A stretch of 64,000 bases of DNA from Candidatus Caldarchaeum sp. (GCA_038831915.1 JAWBKB010000002.1:1-64000); one strand, 5' to 3'; numbered from the stretch's first letter, positions 40,240-49,822 are shown. Notes: generated from the sequence alone by a model not told the origin. Made by a program: numbers and translations.

Positions 40240-40686
40240 TCAGATGTTCACCGCGGGATGATGCGGGTCGACGGCGACAACCTCATACCATCTGTATAGG
40301 GAATCTTGTGCGAGTGAATAAGCGCCAAGCGGGCGCAGGTTGGGAAAATGCTTGCGAACTTTGTTGATTGCCTCTTCTTTCATCGAAACATTTATCTTGT
40401 GTCGCACAACACCCAGAGCTTTCTGCCGCCTTCCAGACCGCGGCCTCGGCTTGCTGAACCCACCTCGACGAACACGAACACGAATAACAACGTATCCCTG
40501 CTTCTCCTTGTATCCCAATGCCCGTGCGCGGTCAAGTCGGAGAGGCTTCTCCACACGTACCACCGACTTTTGTCTTCGCCATTCGACCATCCTCTTACGC
40601 ATGAGAGCTCGGAGCATCTCAGGCCTTTCACGCCAGAGCTGTCCCAGAAGCTTATACACTGAAGTCATCCTATTCCTTTCGGACAA
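40240..40686 (-). CDS. rpl15e: Ribosomal protein L15e (short form)
   Basis: RLDRARALGYK.KQG, VRVRRGG, YEVVAVDPHHP. Confidence 0.95.
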   Translation of the reverse strand: MSERNRMTSVYKLLGQLWRERPEMLRALMRKRMVEWRRQKSVVRVEKPLRLDRARALGYKEKQGYVVIRVRVRRGGFSKPRPRSGRRQKALGVVRHKINVSMKEEAINKVRKHFPNLRPLGAYSLAQDSLYRWYEVVAVDPHHPAVNI

Positions 40687-40740
40687 AGCTTGTTCTTAAA
40701 CTTGAAAACCTATTAACGCGAACGCCTCCTTCAATGCAGG

Positions 40741-41142
40741 ATGTTTAAGCTCCAGAAACTCGTCTGCAGGGCTCATGCATACGTAACAGAAGACTTTGAA
40801 AAAGTGAAGGCAGCGGTAGCTAACGTGCTTCAGAACACGAATTTTTCGGCGAAAAAGTTTCTGCTGGAAGGCCATTTCGGCGACCCGATAACTGTGTACG
40901 AATGCTTGCTAAACGACGAAGAAGATGTTATCGAGGTGTTTCGGAAAGTAGTTGGCTCGGTCGGTTTGAGCTCAGTAGGAATAGAGGAGAAACAAAGCTC
41001 GGGTGGAAAAATTCATATACGCATCGACAAGCAGAAAGCATTTCTTGGCGAGTTTGAAGCCGAAGACGTTGACCCGATAAAACTCGAATTCAGCTACGTT
41101 GGAGATTGGAGAGAAGCCGAAAAATGGTTAAGAAGTTTGTAG
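40741..41142 (+). CDS. DUF54-family predicted RNA-binding protein
   Basis: TEDFEKV, EGHFGDPI, IRIDKQ; synteny with L15e and RNase P genes. Confidence 0.8.
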   Translation: MFKLQKLVCRAHAYVTEDFEKVKAAVANVLQNTNFSAKKFLLEGHFGDPITVYECLLNDEEDVIEVFRKVVGSVGLSSVGIEEKQSSGGKIHIRIDKQKAFLGEFEAEDVDPIKLEFSYVGDWREAEKWLRSL

Positions 41143-41723
41143 ATTTTTTCGTTCACAGAATCGATGAAAAAACGGCTGCAAACCTCCGAACCTTTGGCTT
41201 CAGCCATGTTTGCGTTTTAGAAAATAGAATGAGCGCGGGAATTGTTAGTGGTTTGATAATTTATCGTAAGGTTTTGGTTGATGCGTGGACGCGTGGCGAT
41301 GTTCTTGAAGCAGGGAGAAATTTCGAAGGTCGGGCGGTCGTGTGTGTGAGGCCTTTGACACGTGAAGCTCTGATGACTGCTGGCAGAGACGAAAGAATAG
41401 CGACCGTTTTTGTGCACGGCGAAATCCCTGACTACGATAGACATGTGGACGCCGTTTTCAAGAACCCCGTGGAGATATCGGTCGCGGAATTAAAGTCATG
41501 CTATGATGATGAAAAGAGATGGAGAAACGTCATTGCGTTCGTAAAAAAAGCGTTTGCGACGGGTAAAAAAATAGTGATGTCAAGCGGCGCCGCAAGTTGT
41601 GACGAAGTTCTTCCACCCCAACAACTTGCCTACGTGGCAGCGGCTTTGACCGACCAGAAACAACAATACGTCATTAGCGTCTCGGAAAATCCTTTATCTC
41701 TTCTCAGTGAAAAAATCAGATGA
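41124..41723 (+). CDS. rnp3: RNase P protein Rpp30
   Basis: IVMSSGA...PP, SVSENP; synteny. Confidence 0.75.
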   Translation: MVKKFVDFFVHRIDEKTAANLRTFGFSHVCVLENRMSAGIVSGLIIYRKVLVDAWTRGDVLEAGRNFEGRAVVCVRPLTREALMTAGRDERIATVFVHGEIPDYDRHVDAVFKNPVEISVAELKSCYDDEKRWRNVIAFVKKAFATGKKIVMSSGAASCDEVLPPQQLAYVAAALTDQKQQYVISVSENPLSLLSEKIR

Positions 41724-42028
41724 CGCGGAGGGTTTTCAAGCCACGTAAACGCTATTTGGCTGTAAACACGAGCAGGGAAACTTCAGGTGAAGCTTTGGAA
41801 CAAGCGGTTAAACATGTCTTGACAAAACTCTACGGCGTCGACGGTCTCACCAAGTCAGGATATAGACGCATCTACTCGCGAAACCATCACGTCTTCGCTT
41901 GCTACAGCGAATGGGTTCCCAGAATAATCCTCGCGATATCTCTAACACGAGAAATGGACCAAAAGCCTATTGTTTGCAGAACCCTCAGGATTTCTGGAAC
42001 TTTGAAAGCGGTGTCGGGTATTAGATGA
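41720..42028 (+). CDS. rnp2: RNase P protein Pop5
   Basis: RKRYL..., SGTLK. Confidence 0.8.
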   Translation: MTRRVFKPRKRYLAVNTSRETSGEALEQAVKHVLTKLYGVDGLTKSGYRRIYSRNHHVFACYSEWVPRIILAISLTREMDQKPIVCRTLRISGTLKAVSGIR

Positions 42029-42678
42029 CTAAAACAACGGAAATTTTTGTCATATTTGCTGCATTGGGAGATGCAATGACGTCGCTTTATGCGGGGTCGT
42101 TCATCGCTGCGGTGGCTGGTTTTCACAAAGTTTGGTTTCCGTCGTTTCTGCTGTTCGTCTTAGCTGTCGGCCTTTCGACGAGGCCCCTTGTCGAACCCGG
42201 AGTCAAAAGAGTTGAGAGTATTGGAACGGGGCTCTTGATAGCACCGGCTGCGACGGCTGCCGCGTTTCTTGCGGCCACGTTGTCTAGCTATCTCGCGCCT
42301 CCAGGGCCGGACTAGTTGGTCGAATATTTGAAACTCCGGTCTAGGGTTGATTTAGTCAATGCTGTGTTTCTTTCTATGCCTGTTGTTGCGGTTGGTGAAG
42401 AAATAGTGTTTCGCGGCGTTATTCATCGCAGGCTTCGAAAATTTCTTGGAAAAAACGCTGCGATGCTTCTCTCATCGGCTGTCTTCACTGTGGCTCATTT
42501 TGACTTCAGCCGTTTTCTTCCAACTTTCGTCATCGGGCTGTTCACCGCGTATTCCATGGAACGCACCGGTTCTATAGCGCCGCCTCTAATCATCCATGGG
42601 ATTAATAACAGCATGTATTTTGTTTGGTTATTCTTGAGCCCTGCCGCATTTGCTGCAGAAAAGCTCTCCTTCCCGTAA
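42025..42678 (+). pseudogene. CPBP (Abi/CAAX) intramembrane protease interrupted by an in-frame TAG at 42313-42315
   Basis: Two abutting in-frame ORFs; the second carries EEIVFRG, FTVAH and HGINN. Confidence 0.6.
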
Positions 42679-43491
42679 CACTGTGCCGCAGAATTTGCAG
42701 TGACCCACAAATTGTTCCGTCAAACGTTTTTTCTCAAACCTTCTTGCTATCAATATTGATGATTCTATAAGGGCGACTAGTGGTAGGAAGAGGACGGCGT
42801 TTCCCACCAGCCATCCGTCAGGTGTGATCAGAGCCACAACAATGTACAGAATGCCGTAAACATACAGCCTGTTGCGAGTGATGAGGCTTGTGCTTATGAC
42901 GCCGAAGCGAACCAACATGACGACGACGGCTGGGGAGGTGAAAACAACGCCGATCAAAAGCACAGTTGTGAAAACGAGTCCGTAGAAATCGATTGCACAG
43001 ACCGTTGGAATCACGCCTGCTAACTCGAAGAAGAACACCATCGCACGGACTATTATCGGAGCGGCGATGAAGTAGCCGAACAAACCACCGACGGCGAAAA
43101 GCGAAACAAACGCCAAAGTAAAACCGTAAATGAGCCTTCTTTCATGAGGGTATAGAGCTGGGTCTACGTAAGCGTAGGTTTCGTAGCCGATGACCGGCAT
43201 GATGGATGCTATTGCGAGAAACGCCGCGGATAAGAATATAATTTCGAGCGGGGAAGTCATGCTGCATCCGATAATCTCTATTTGTGCAGCGCCTATGTCC
43301 TGAACTACTCGCTTTAACACCATCGAAACCATCGGCTCGTAGAATTCGGGGTTTGAAAACGGCGCGGTGATGTCGGCGGGAAATGCGAGCCAGAAAATCA
43401 AGGCGACTATGAATGAAATGATGATAACTTTGACTCGGTCTTTTAGCTCGCGGATGTGTTCGATTAAGGGCATTTCCTTGTCTTTGCTCAA
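42628..43491 (-). CDS. tatC: Twin-arginine translocase TatC with C-terminal zinc ribbon
   Basis: EMPLIEHIRELK, PALYPHER, ALITPD; tail CKFC...CSKCG. Confidence 0.93.
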   Translation of the reverse strand: MSKDKEMPLIEHIRELKDRVKVIIISFIVALIFWLAFPADITAPFSNPEFYEPMVSMVLKRVVQDIGAAQIEIIGCSMTSPLEIIFLSAAFLAIASIMPVIGYETYAYVDPALYPHERRLIYGFTLAFVSLFAVGGLFGYFIAAPIIVRAMVFFFELAGVIPTVCAIDFYGLVFTTVLLIGVVFTSPAVVVMLVRFGVISTSLITRNRLYVYGILYIVVALITPDGWLVGNAVLFLPLVALIESSILIARRFEKKRLTEQFVGHCKFCGTVLREGELFCSKCGRAQE

Positions 43492-43531
43492 CGAGCTGTC
43501 CTACCGTAGACTGGCTGATAATAATTTAACG

Positions 43532-43837
43532 TTAACCAGATTTCTGAGACTTTTCTACTATGGCTCGTGCGATTTCATCCCTTGTCTTTCCTTCGGTAGG
43601 AATATTGAGAGCCTTGGCGACCTCTATTAACTTGTCATCCGGCGCAGATGACCCTGATGGTGGTGCCGGCGTAGCCGCCTTGGCCAAATCCTCTTCAAGA
43701 TTTCGTTGAGCCCTTTCAAACTCTTTCTTAGCTTGTCCTATTGACCTCGCGATTTTCGGCAGTTTATCTGGGCCCCAGAGAAACAGGACTATTATGATTA
43801 TTCCGACGATCACCCATTCGATGCCTTGTATGGCCAT
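43532..43837 (-). CDS. tatA: Twin-arginine translocase TatA
   Basis: TM helix followed by WGPDKLPKIARSIG. Confidence 0.93.
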   Translation of the reverse strand: MAIQGIEWVIVGIIIIVLFLWGPDKLPKIARSIGQAKKEFERAQRNLEEDLAKAATPAPPSGSSAPDDKLIEVAKALNIPTEGKTRDEIARAIVEKSQKSG

Positions 43838-43882
43838 GAACGCACCAATACTATACTGTTCGGCTCGCTTTTATAAATGTTG

Positions 43883-44653
43883 CTAATACAACACAGCTCC
43901 ACCATCGACCACTATGGTCTGGCCGTTGACGAAACTGGGCTTTTCAGAGCAGAGAAACGCAACTATTGCAGCAACTTCGGCGGGTCTCCCCCACCGGCCT
44001 AACGGGCTTTCACGGGCCAAAATTTGGTATTCGTGAGGAGTCAACCATTTAACACTTGGCTCGGTTTCGATGCTACCCAACGCAAGAGTATAGGCCCGGA
44101 TGCCGTATCTACCGTATTCCCATGCTATGTGCTTGGTCAGCCCCAGTATGGCGGCTTTCGCAAGTGTATAAGGTAGGCCTTTGTCATATCCAGCTATCGC
44201 TGGTGTTGAGCTGAAGTTCACGAAAACACCGTATCCATGCTTTTTCATCACCTTTACAGTATGTTTTACCATTAAGAAGGAACCGATTAAATCGACTTTT
44301 ATCACCGAAATAATTTCATCGACGGTGATGTCGGCGATACTTTTGTTCCATAATTTGGGCTCAAGAACATGGCCTGCGACGTTGACTACTGCGTCGATTC
44401 TGTCAAATACCTCTTGAGTTTTGGAAACGAAGTTTATGACGGATTTTTCATCTGATACGTCGAGAAAGTCAGCGTAGATGCGGTCGGCTGCAAAATGTTT
44501 TTTCCAATTAGCGGCATACTCTTCTAATATATGGGTTCTGCGAGCTCCTGCTGCAACGTATGCGCCTTCCTTGAGAAATTCTTCCACGACCGCCTTGCCG
44601 ATTTCTCCAGAGGAACCGGTAACAATGGCTCTTTTTCCCTCTAATATTCCCAT
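43883..44653 (-). CDS. Short-chain dehydrogenase/reductase
   Basis: TGSSGEIG, YTLAK, PLGRWG, GQTIVVDGG; start placed at ATG 44653. Confidence 0.9.
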   Translation of the reverse strand: MGILEGKRAIVTGSSGEIGKAVVEEFLKEGAYVAAGARRTHILEEYAANWKKHFAADRIYADFLDVSDEKSVINFVSKTQEVFDRIDAVVNVAGHVLEPKLWNKSIADITVDEIISVIKVDLIGSFLMVKHTVKVMKKHGYGVFVNFSSTPAIAGYDKGLPYTLAKAAILGLTKHIAWEYGRYGIRAYTLALGSIETEPSVKWLTPHEYQILARESPLGRWGRPAEVAAIVAFLCSEKPSFVNGQTIVVDGGAVLY

Positions 44654-44676
44654 GATGTGCAGAGGCTGTTGCACAC

Positions 44677-44683
44677 TTATATA
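44677..44683. promoter_or_regulatory. TATA box (TTATATA) centred between the divergent SDR and rps13 starts
   Basis: Centre at 44680 is 27 nt from both ATG 44653(-) and ATG 44707(+). Confidence 0.6.
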
Positions 44684-44706
44684 CGCGGCCTTGATAAAAG
44701 ATTCGG

Positions 44707-45189
44707 ATGTCGAAGGAATTCAAGCTGATCGTCCGGGTGCTGAACACCGACGTCGACGGAACACTCCACATTCCATACGCATTAGCAAAGGTAAAAGGCA
44801 TTGGAGTCAACCTTGGATACGCAATAGCGCGTGTCGCAGGCCTCAATCCTCAGACACGGATTGGAACCTTAACCGAAAAACAGTTAGAAAAAATCGAGCA
44901 AATCGCCCGAAACCCTGCTAAACATGGAATACCCCAATGGATGTTGAACAGAAGGTTCGACCCGGTTTCCGGAGAAAACCGCCACCTAATCGGCGCCGAC
45001 CTAGAACTAGCTATCAAAGAAGACATTCAGACGATGATGAGGACGAAAAGCTGGAAAGGAATTCGTCACTCTCTCGGGTTGAAAGTGCGAGGACAGAGAA
45101 CTAGGACGACAGGAAGAACAGGCATGACAGTAGGTGTTTCGAGAAAAGCCGCAGCAGCCGGAGGTCAAAAACCCGAAGAATCCAAATAA
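44707..45189 (+). CDS. rps13: Ribosomal protein S13
   Basis: KGIG, IPQWMLNR, GIRHSLGLKVRGQRTRTTGR. Confidence 0.97.
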   Translation: MSKEFKLIVRVLNTDVDGTLHIPYALAKVKGIGVNLGYAIARVAGLNPQTRIGTLTEKQLEKIEQIARNPAKHGIPQWMLNRRFDPVSGENRHLIGADLELAIKEDIQTMMRTKSWKGIRHSLGLKVRGQRTRTTGRTGMTVGVSRKAAAAGGQKPEESK

Positions 45190-45199
45190 TCTGCACTTT

Positions 45200-46312
45200 T
45201 TAGAACATTTTCCGCACCATCGAAACGCCTTCCACTAGGTTGAGTTGTTTGCTGTGAGCTACTCGCCAGCTTCTTGTTCTGAGACCGCAGTCGTTGCAGG
45301 CGACGATTTTCCCCGGGTCATCCATGACTTTGACGGCGTAGAGAAGCCTATCCCGGACGAGCTCCGGAGATTCGATAAAATCTGTGTGAACATCAATCAG
45401 CCCCGGCGCTATCTTGAACTTACAACTATAATCTCTGAACACCTTCAGGATTTCGAATCCTTTTCTCTTCTCAGGCTCAATTCCCAGCATCTGAGTGTCA
45501 GCGTTCGAACAAGATATGGAAAGAACATCCGCCTTTAGTTCGAGCAACGCGGGAAACAGCGCCTTGTAGTTTGTGTAACAGATGTGAACCGCGACTTTGG
45601 ACGACAAGCCTTTAACGGCTCTGTTCACACTTTGGACCACTAATTCAGATTCATGCGGTTTCGCGGCGGCTGCCGGCTCGTCAAGTTGGATGTATTCAAC
45701 CCCTTCCCGATTCAACTCAGTCAGAACAGGTTTTATGATTTCGTCAACAACGTCGAAAACGAAATCTCGTTTCGCGTTGACGGATTTCTGCAACAAGTCT
45801 TCACCAGCGGCATTTGCTATGTAGTATTCGTCGAACGACCAATCAGCGATTGTATAGGCAGAGGTGACCGGTATTTTCAAAGGTTTACGGGTGTGTTGTT
45901 TGTTGAAGAGGAGTTCATCTAAATGGTATGGTTGCTTTAGCCTAGGCTTTTTTACGACAGCGGCTTTCCTGTAAAATTCGTTGTCCCAAACTCTGACCAC
46001 TCCTCGAAATTCAAAGCCTTCAATATATTGAAGCGGATGTTCGTACATTTCGATTCTTCGCTGCTCGCCATCGTAAATGACGTCAAGACCTGCTGATTCG
46101 AAAAATCTTAGTCCGTAAAAACAGGCCCAGTCAATAATCTCACGGTCGTCAGGGCCCTTTTCCTTTAATAGATGCACCAGCTTCTCGTAGTTGTCGACGC
46201 CTAGCCTTCGACCCCATTCAACAGCCTCGTGAACTGCTCTCTCTCTATCCTTGACCCGGAAAGGGGCTTTGTTCAAACTGCCGACTTCGATTACTGGAAA
46301 AAGCTTATCCAA
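45200..46312 (-). CDS. metE: Cobalamin-independent methionine synthase, catalytic (C-terminal) half
   Basis: DGEQRR, IQLDEPA, HICY and DCGLRT zinc ligands. Confidence 0.88.
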   Translation of the reverse strand: MDKLFPVIEVGSLNKAPFRVKDRERAVHEAVEWGRRLGVDNYEKLVHLLKEKGPDDREIIDWACFYGLRFFESAGLDVIYDGEQRRIEMYEHPLQYIEGFEFRGVVRVWDNEFYRKAAVVKKPRLKQPYHLDELLFNKQHTRKPLKIPVTSAYTIADWSFDEYYIANAAGEDLLQKSVNAKRDFVFDVVDEIIKPVLTELNREGVEYIQLDEPAAAAKPHESELVVQSVNRAVKGLSSKVAVHICYTNYKALFPALLELKADVLSISCSNADTQMLGIEPEKRKGFEILKVFRDYSCKFKIAPGLIDVHTDFIESPELVRDRLLYAVKVMDDPGKIVACNDCGLRTRSWRVAHSKQLNLVEGVSMVRKMF

Positions 46313-47252
46313 CCCCAGTCACTTGCGCGTAAACTTCTCCGATTAAATTAACTTTCATGACAGCGTATGGGTAAGGCAAATGCTCGAGCTCGCAGTTCGG
46401 ACCAAAATGTATCTCAGAAGGTCTCGCTATCTTTTCGACCTTAGTGATAATCGATATGATGTGTTCTGGTTTTTCGAGTAATGTGTTGCGACCGTCTACG
46501 ACTCCCAAGTATATGGCTTTTCTGCCGTCTATAGCTTTGATAGAGTCGACGGAAATTTTGTACATGTCGAACCCTATAACGTCGACGGGCAGCTCAATGA
46601 CATCCTCGATGATGCTCGAACCCGAGCCATATGGAAAATGAAGAAGCAATTCTCCCGCCGCTTTTGTCCTAAAGCTTGCGATAGCTTGGCTGAAGACCTG
46701 CACATCCTTTTCCGAAGCTTTATGAAACACAAGATTGGGGGCTGTTAACTGTATTTGTTCAAAGGTTCCCAACTCGTTGACGAACGCAGCTAAAGAGTCT
46801 GAGACATCGAAAACCAGCTCTTCGAAGCTTCGGTAAAATTGGTTCTCGCTTAGGGCGGCGAACGAAAAGGGGTCTGGTAGAATAATTTTCCTTTTACCTC
46901 GTGGAATCATATGGGTGAAGTCAAATGATTTGTCAAAACCTCCTCGGAGACGTAACTCTCCTTTTATGACTGGTATTTTGTAAAAGAAGTTGTTGTCAAA
47001 CCATCGGGCCAGTCCGTTGATTTCGACTTTTTCCAGTGATGAGGCGAATGGCCTCAATAAATCGTCCCATGTCAACATTCCATCCACTATGTATGACAGC
47101 TTATTCTTGTGTTGAATTTCAACCACTTCTCGTGTGTGCAGTTCTATTTGATACCTGAGATGTTGCGTGGAAATTTTGTTTTTAGCGTGGTCCCGGAAGG
47201 CTTTTATCAATTCCTCATGTCGGGGAAACGACCCAGCTAGATACGCCTTCAT
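46305..47252 (-). CDS. Split-MetE N-terminal-half protein
   Basis: GSFPR, RWFDNNFFYKIP, GVVDGRNT; lacks the zinc ligands; overlaps its partner gene. Confidence 0.8.
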   Translation of the reverse strand: MKAYLAGSFPRHEELIKAFRDHAKNKISTQHLRYQIELHTREVVEIQHKNKLSYIVDGMLTWDDLLRPFASSLEKVEINGLARWFDNNFFYKIPVIKGELRLRGGFDKSFDFTHMIPRGKRKIILPDPFSFAALSENQFYRSFEELVFDVSDSLAAFVNELGTFEQIQLTAPNLVFHKASEKDVQVFSQAIASFRTKAAGELLLHFPYGSGSSIIEDVIELPVDVIGFDMYKISVDSIKAIDGRKAIYLGVVDGRNTLLEKPEHIISIITKVEKIARPSEIHFGPNCELEHLPYPYAVMKVNLIGEVYAQVTGVG

Positions 47253-47253
47253 C

Positions 47254-48258
47254 CTACATCCTTCTTTCTGAGCTGTGGCCTGGGAAGTAACCCGACTTCG
47301 GGTCGATGTAGTTTTTCGCGACGTTCACGGCTATCGCTGCTTGAGCGAACCCAACACACAGAAGAGCGAGCTTAACTGAATCACTTTGATGTGCTATGTC
47401 GCCCGCCGCATATACTCCCGGGATGTTTGTTTCGCATTTTCCGTTGATTTTTATAGCGTTGCCCTCCATTTCGACCCCCCATCTTTTAAACAACGCAACA
47501 TCCACGATATGGCCGAGCTGCAGGATTAAGGCGTCGACTGCAAGCGTCATCTCCTCATTTGTTTTATTATTGAAAACTGTTACGCGTTCAAGCTTCTCAT
47601 CCCCCTCTGCCGATTTCACTTCATAGGGAACCAAAACCTTAACGGGAGAATGAAATAACTCAATCACGCTACCCTCATGAGCTCTGAAATCCGTCCGTCG
47701 ATGAACCAGATAAACTTCTTTCGCTATGTCTTTCAGGTTTAAGGCCCAGTCCACCGCAGAATCACCACCACCTACAATCACGATACGCTTGTTTCTAAAT
47801 ATCCACCTATCCTTCACGGTGTAATACACACCCTTGTTTTCAAACCGCTCGACAGACGGGTTGCCGAGCTTCCTCGGCGTAAACGCGCCGTGACCCGCCG
47901 CGATCAACACCGTCTTCGAAAAATGAACTCCTTTGTCGGTTGTCAGCTCTATTATGCCTCCGTCGAGCCGAGTTAAGTTCAACACTTTTTCAGAATAGAG
48001 GAAAGTTGGATTGTATGCCGCGGCTTGCTCGTAGAGGTATTTCGCAAGGTCTTTGGCGAGAACTTTGGGGTATCCGGGTACGTCGTAGATGAATTTGTCT
48101 GGATAAAGTGTGGTTAGCTGACCGCCGTAGGTGTCCAAAGCTTCGATGACCTTTGTCCTCATGCCACGCATTCCGGCAGCATAAAAGGCGGCGAACAAGC
48201 CGGTCGGCCCCGCCCCGATAATCGTAATGTCGTAGACGTCGAAAGGTTTGGTTTCCAC
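47254..48258 (-). CDS. TrxR-like ferredoxin-NADP+ reductase (YumC-type)
   Basis: GAGPTGLFAAFY, GGQLTTLYPDK, GGGDSAVDWA, PGHSS; no CxxC. Confidence 0.85.
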   Translation of the reverse strand: METKPFDVYDITIIGAGPTGLFAAFYAAGMRGMRTKVIEALDTYGGQLTTLYPDKFIYDVPGYPKVLAKDLAKYLYEQAAAYNPTFLYSEKVLNLTRLDGGIIELTTDKGVHFSKTVLIAAGHGAFTPRKLGNPSVERFENKGVYYTVKDRWIFRNKRIVIVGGGDSAVDWALNLKDIAKEVYLVHRRTDFRAHEGSVIELFHSPVKVLVPYEVKSAEGDEKLERVTVFNNKTNEEMTLAVDALILQLGHIVDVALFKRWGVEMEGNAIKINGKCETNIPGVYAAGDIAHQSDSVKLALLCVGFAQAAIAVNVAKNYIDPKSGYFPGHSSERRM

Positions 48259-48297
48259 GTTTTGGTTTTTGCGAAGGCAATCTATATAGTTGCAGTG

Positions 48298-49275
48298 TCA
48301 AACCACTTTAAATGGCAGGCTAAGCTCCGCTATGTCCGAGAAGTCTTCGCATACACGGCCAAAATGAAGATACAGCTTGAAAAGAAAGGCTGAATTTTCT
48401 TTTCCCGAAATCTTCTTCAACAGAGATTCACTGCGGCGCAGAAATTCTTTACGCATAGCTGTGACATTATTGATTTTTTCAAGGTCTCGGCTGAAAAAGG
48501 CATCTAACGGGCTCGAACCCATCGACGTCACTATATTCGCCAAGTGTTTGAAGTCGCTGATTATATCTTCACTGGGCATTTTTGTTGTTCGGAGAATCTC
48601 TTTGCCTATTTCAGCGGCTTGGTCGCCTGCGTCTTCGATGAACTTTGCGGCTACTCTGTAGTCGAGAACCAGAAGAGGCGTAACATTCATTTTTTTCGCT
48701 AAGGCGGGGTCTATCACGGCAGAACGCAAAACTCTCACCAGCGTGAAGTAGAGACGGTCGACCTCTTCGTCTCTTTGAACGACAATCCGTGCCAGAGAGG
48801 TGTTGCCCTTTTCGAAAGCCTCCACAACGGTTTCAACCATGCCCAAAACTAGGTTGTGCTGCCGCCGCAACAACTTCTCCGGAGCGACCAGCTCTTGGTC
48901 GAGCACAACCTGAACCTCAATCTTTTCGCTGGTCTCTTCTACGATTTCTGCTCCAGCCAAGGACCGTATGCTTTTTCTTATTTCTGCGAATTGTGTGTCG
49001 GTGATAGGTGACTTTGAAACAATCCTGATTACGCTATATCCGTATAGATAGGCTCCAAGGATTAGCTGGTTTACACTATCGGTGAGCGGTATCTCAACCT
49101 CCGAAACTTGTTTTTCCCCTGTCTTTTCGGGATAAAGGAAGATTCCCCCATCTTCAGTGGGTTTCAGAACAATCACCGAGCCTTTTTTCAAACCCATCCT
49201 CTCAATCCATTCTTTGGGAAGTGTAACTGAATAGGAGCTTCCACCTGTCAGTTGAAGGTTTCGCCTTATTTCCAC
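48298..49275 (-). CDS. phoU: AbrB-PhoU phosphate uptake regulator
   Basis: RNLQLTGGSSYSVTLPKEW, DEEVDRLY, EDAGD. Confidence 0.88.
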   Translation of the reverse strand: MEIRRNLQLTGGSSYSVTLPKEWIERMGLKKGSVIVLKPTEDGGIFLYPEKTGEKQVSEVEIPLTDSVNQLILGAYLYGYSVIRIVSKSPITDTQFAEIRKSIRSLAGAEIVEETSEKIEVQVVLDQELVAPEKLLRRQHNLVLGMVETVVEAFEKGNTSLARIVVQRDEEVDRLYFTLVRVLRSAVIDPALAKKMNVTPLLVLDYRVAAKFIEDAGDQAAEIGKEILRTTKMPSEDIISDFKHLANIVTSMGSSPLDAFFSRDLEKINNVTAMRKEFLRRSESLLKKISGKENSAFLFKLYLHFGRVCEDFSDIAELSLPFKVV

Positions 49276-49363
49276 GATTAAAACTAAGCAAGACTTGGTG
49301 TTAACCCTTCAGCAAGATACCTTTATAACTTGACAAATCCAAAAATGACATTTAGACCCTAAA

Positions 49364-49822
49364 ATGCCTCTATGGCGTTATTCCACGACGATTGGTGAAA
49401 AAGAGACGGAGGTCAGGGCGAGCCTCCGCGAGGTCGACATCTCTCCTAAATGGGCGAGAGAAGTCTGCGAAGCCATAAAAGGACTGACCATTCCAGAAGC
49501 GAAGAAGCTTCTCGAAGACGTTGTGAAACAGAAGCGGATGATAAGATACGCGAGGTATAAGAAAAAACGTGCCCATCATGGTGAGACAAAGGGCCCAGGA
49601 GGTTATCCGGTCAAAGTTTCAAGATACATGCTGAAGCTTATTGAAAGCTTGGAGGCTAATGCCGAATTCAAAGGCTTAGACCCCGAAAAAACAAAGATTG
49701 TGCACGCGGTTTCCCACAAAGGCAGAGTTGCGCCGAAATACATCGAAAGAGCTTTCGGCCGTTCCAGCCCATACAATAAAACATACGTTCACGTCGAAGT
49801 CGCGGCGGTGAGCAGCTCATGA
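49364..49822 (+). CDS. rpl22: Ribosomal protein L22
   Basis: ISPK, GGYPVK, RAFGRSSP. Confidence 0.95.
   Translation: MPLWRYSTTIGEKETEVRASLREVDISPKWAREVCEAIKGLTIPEAKKLLEDVVKQKRMIRYARYKKKRAHHGETKGPGGYPVKVSRYMLKLIESLEANAEFKGLDPEKTKIVHAVSHKGRVAPKYIERAFGRSSPYNKTYVHVEVAAVSSS

Noticed and set aside
40468-40492. GAACAC short tandem repeat
   Set aside because: It only encodes the conserved IRVRVR of L15e
42313-42315. Pyrrolysine recoding
   Set aside because: No pyl genes in the window, and TAG serves as a normal stop in many neighbouring genes
42295-42350. Possible BHB intron removing the CPBP amber codon (stem GGCCGGA/TCCGGTC)
   Set aside because: No proper 4-bp central helix with two 3-nt bulges can be drawn
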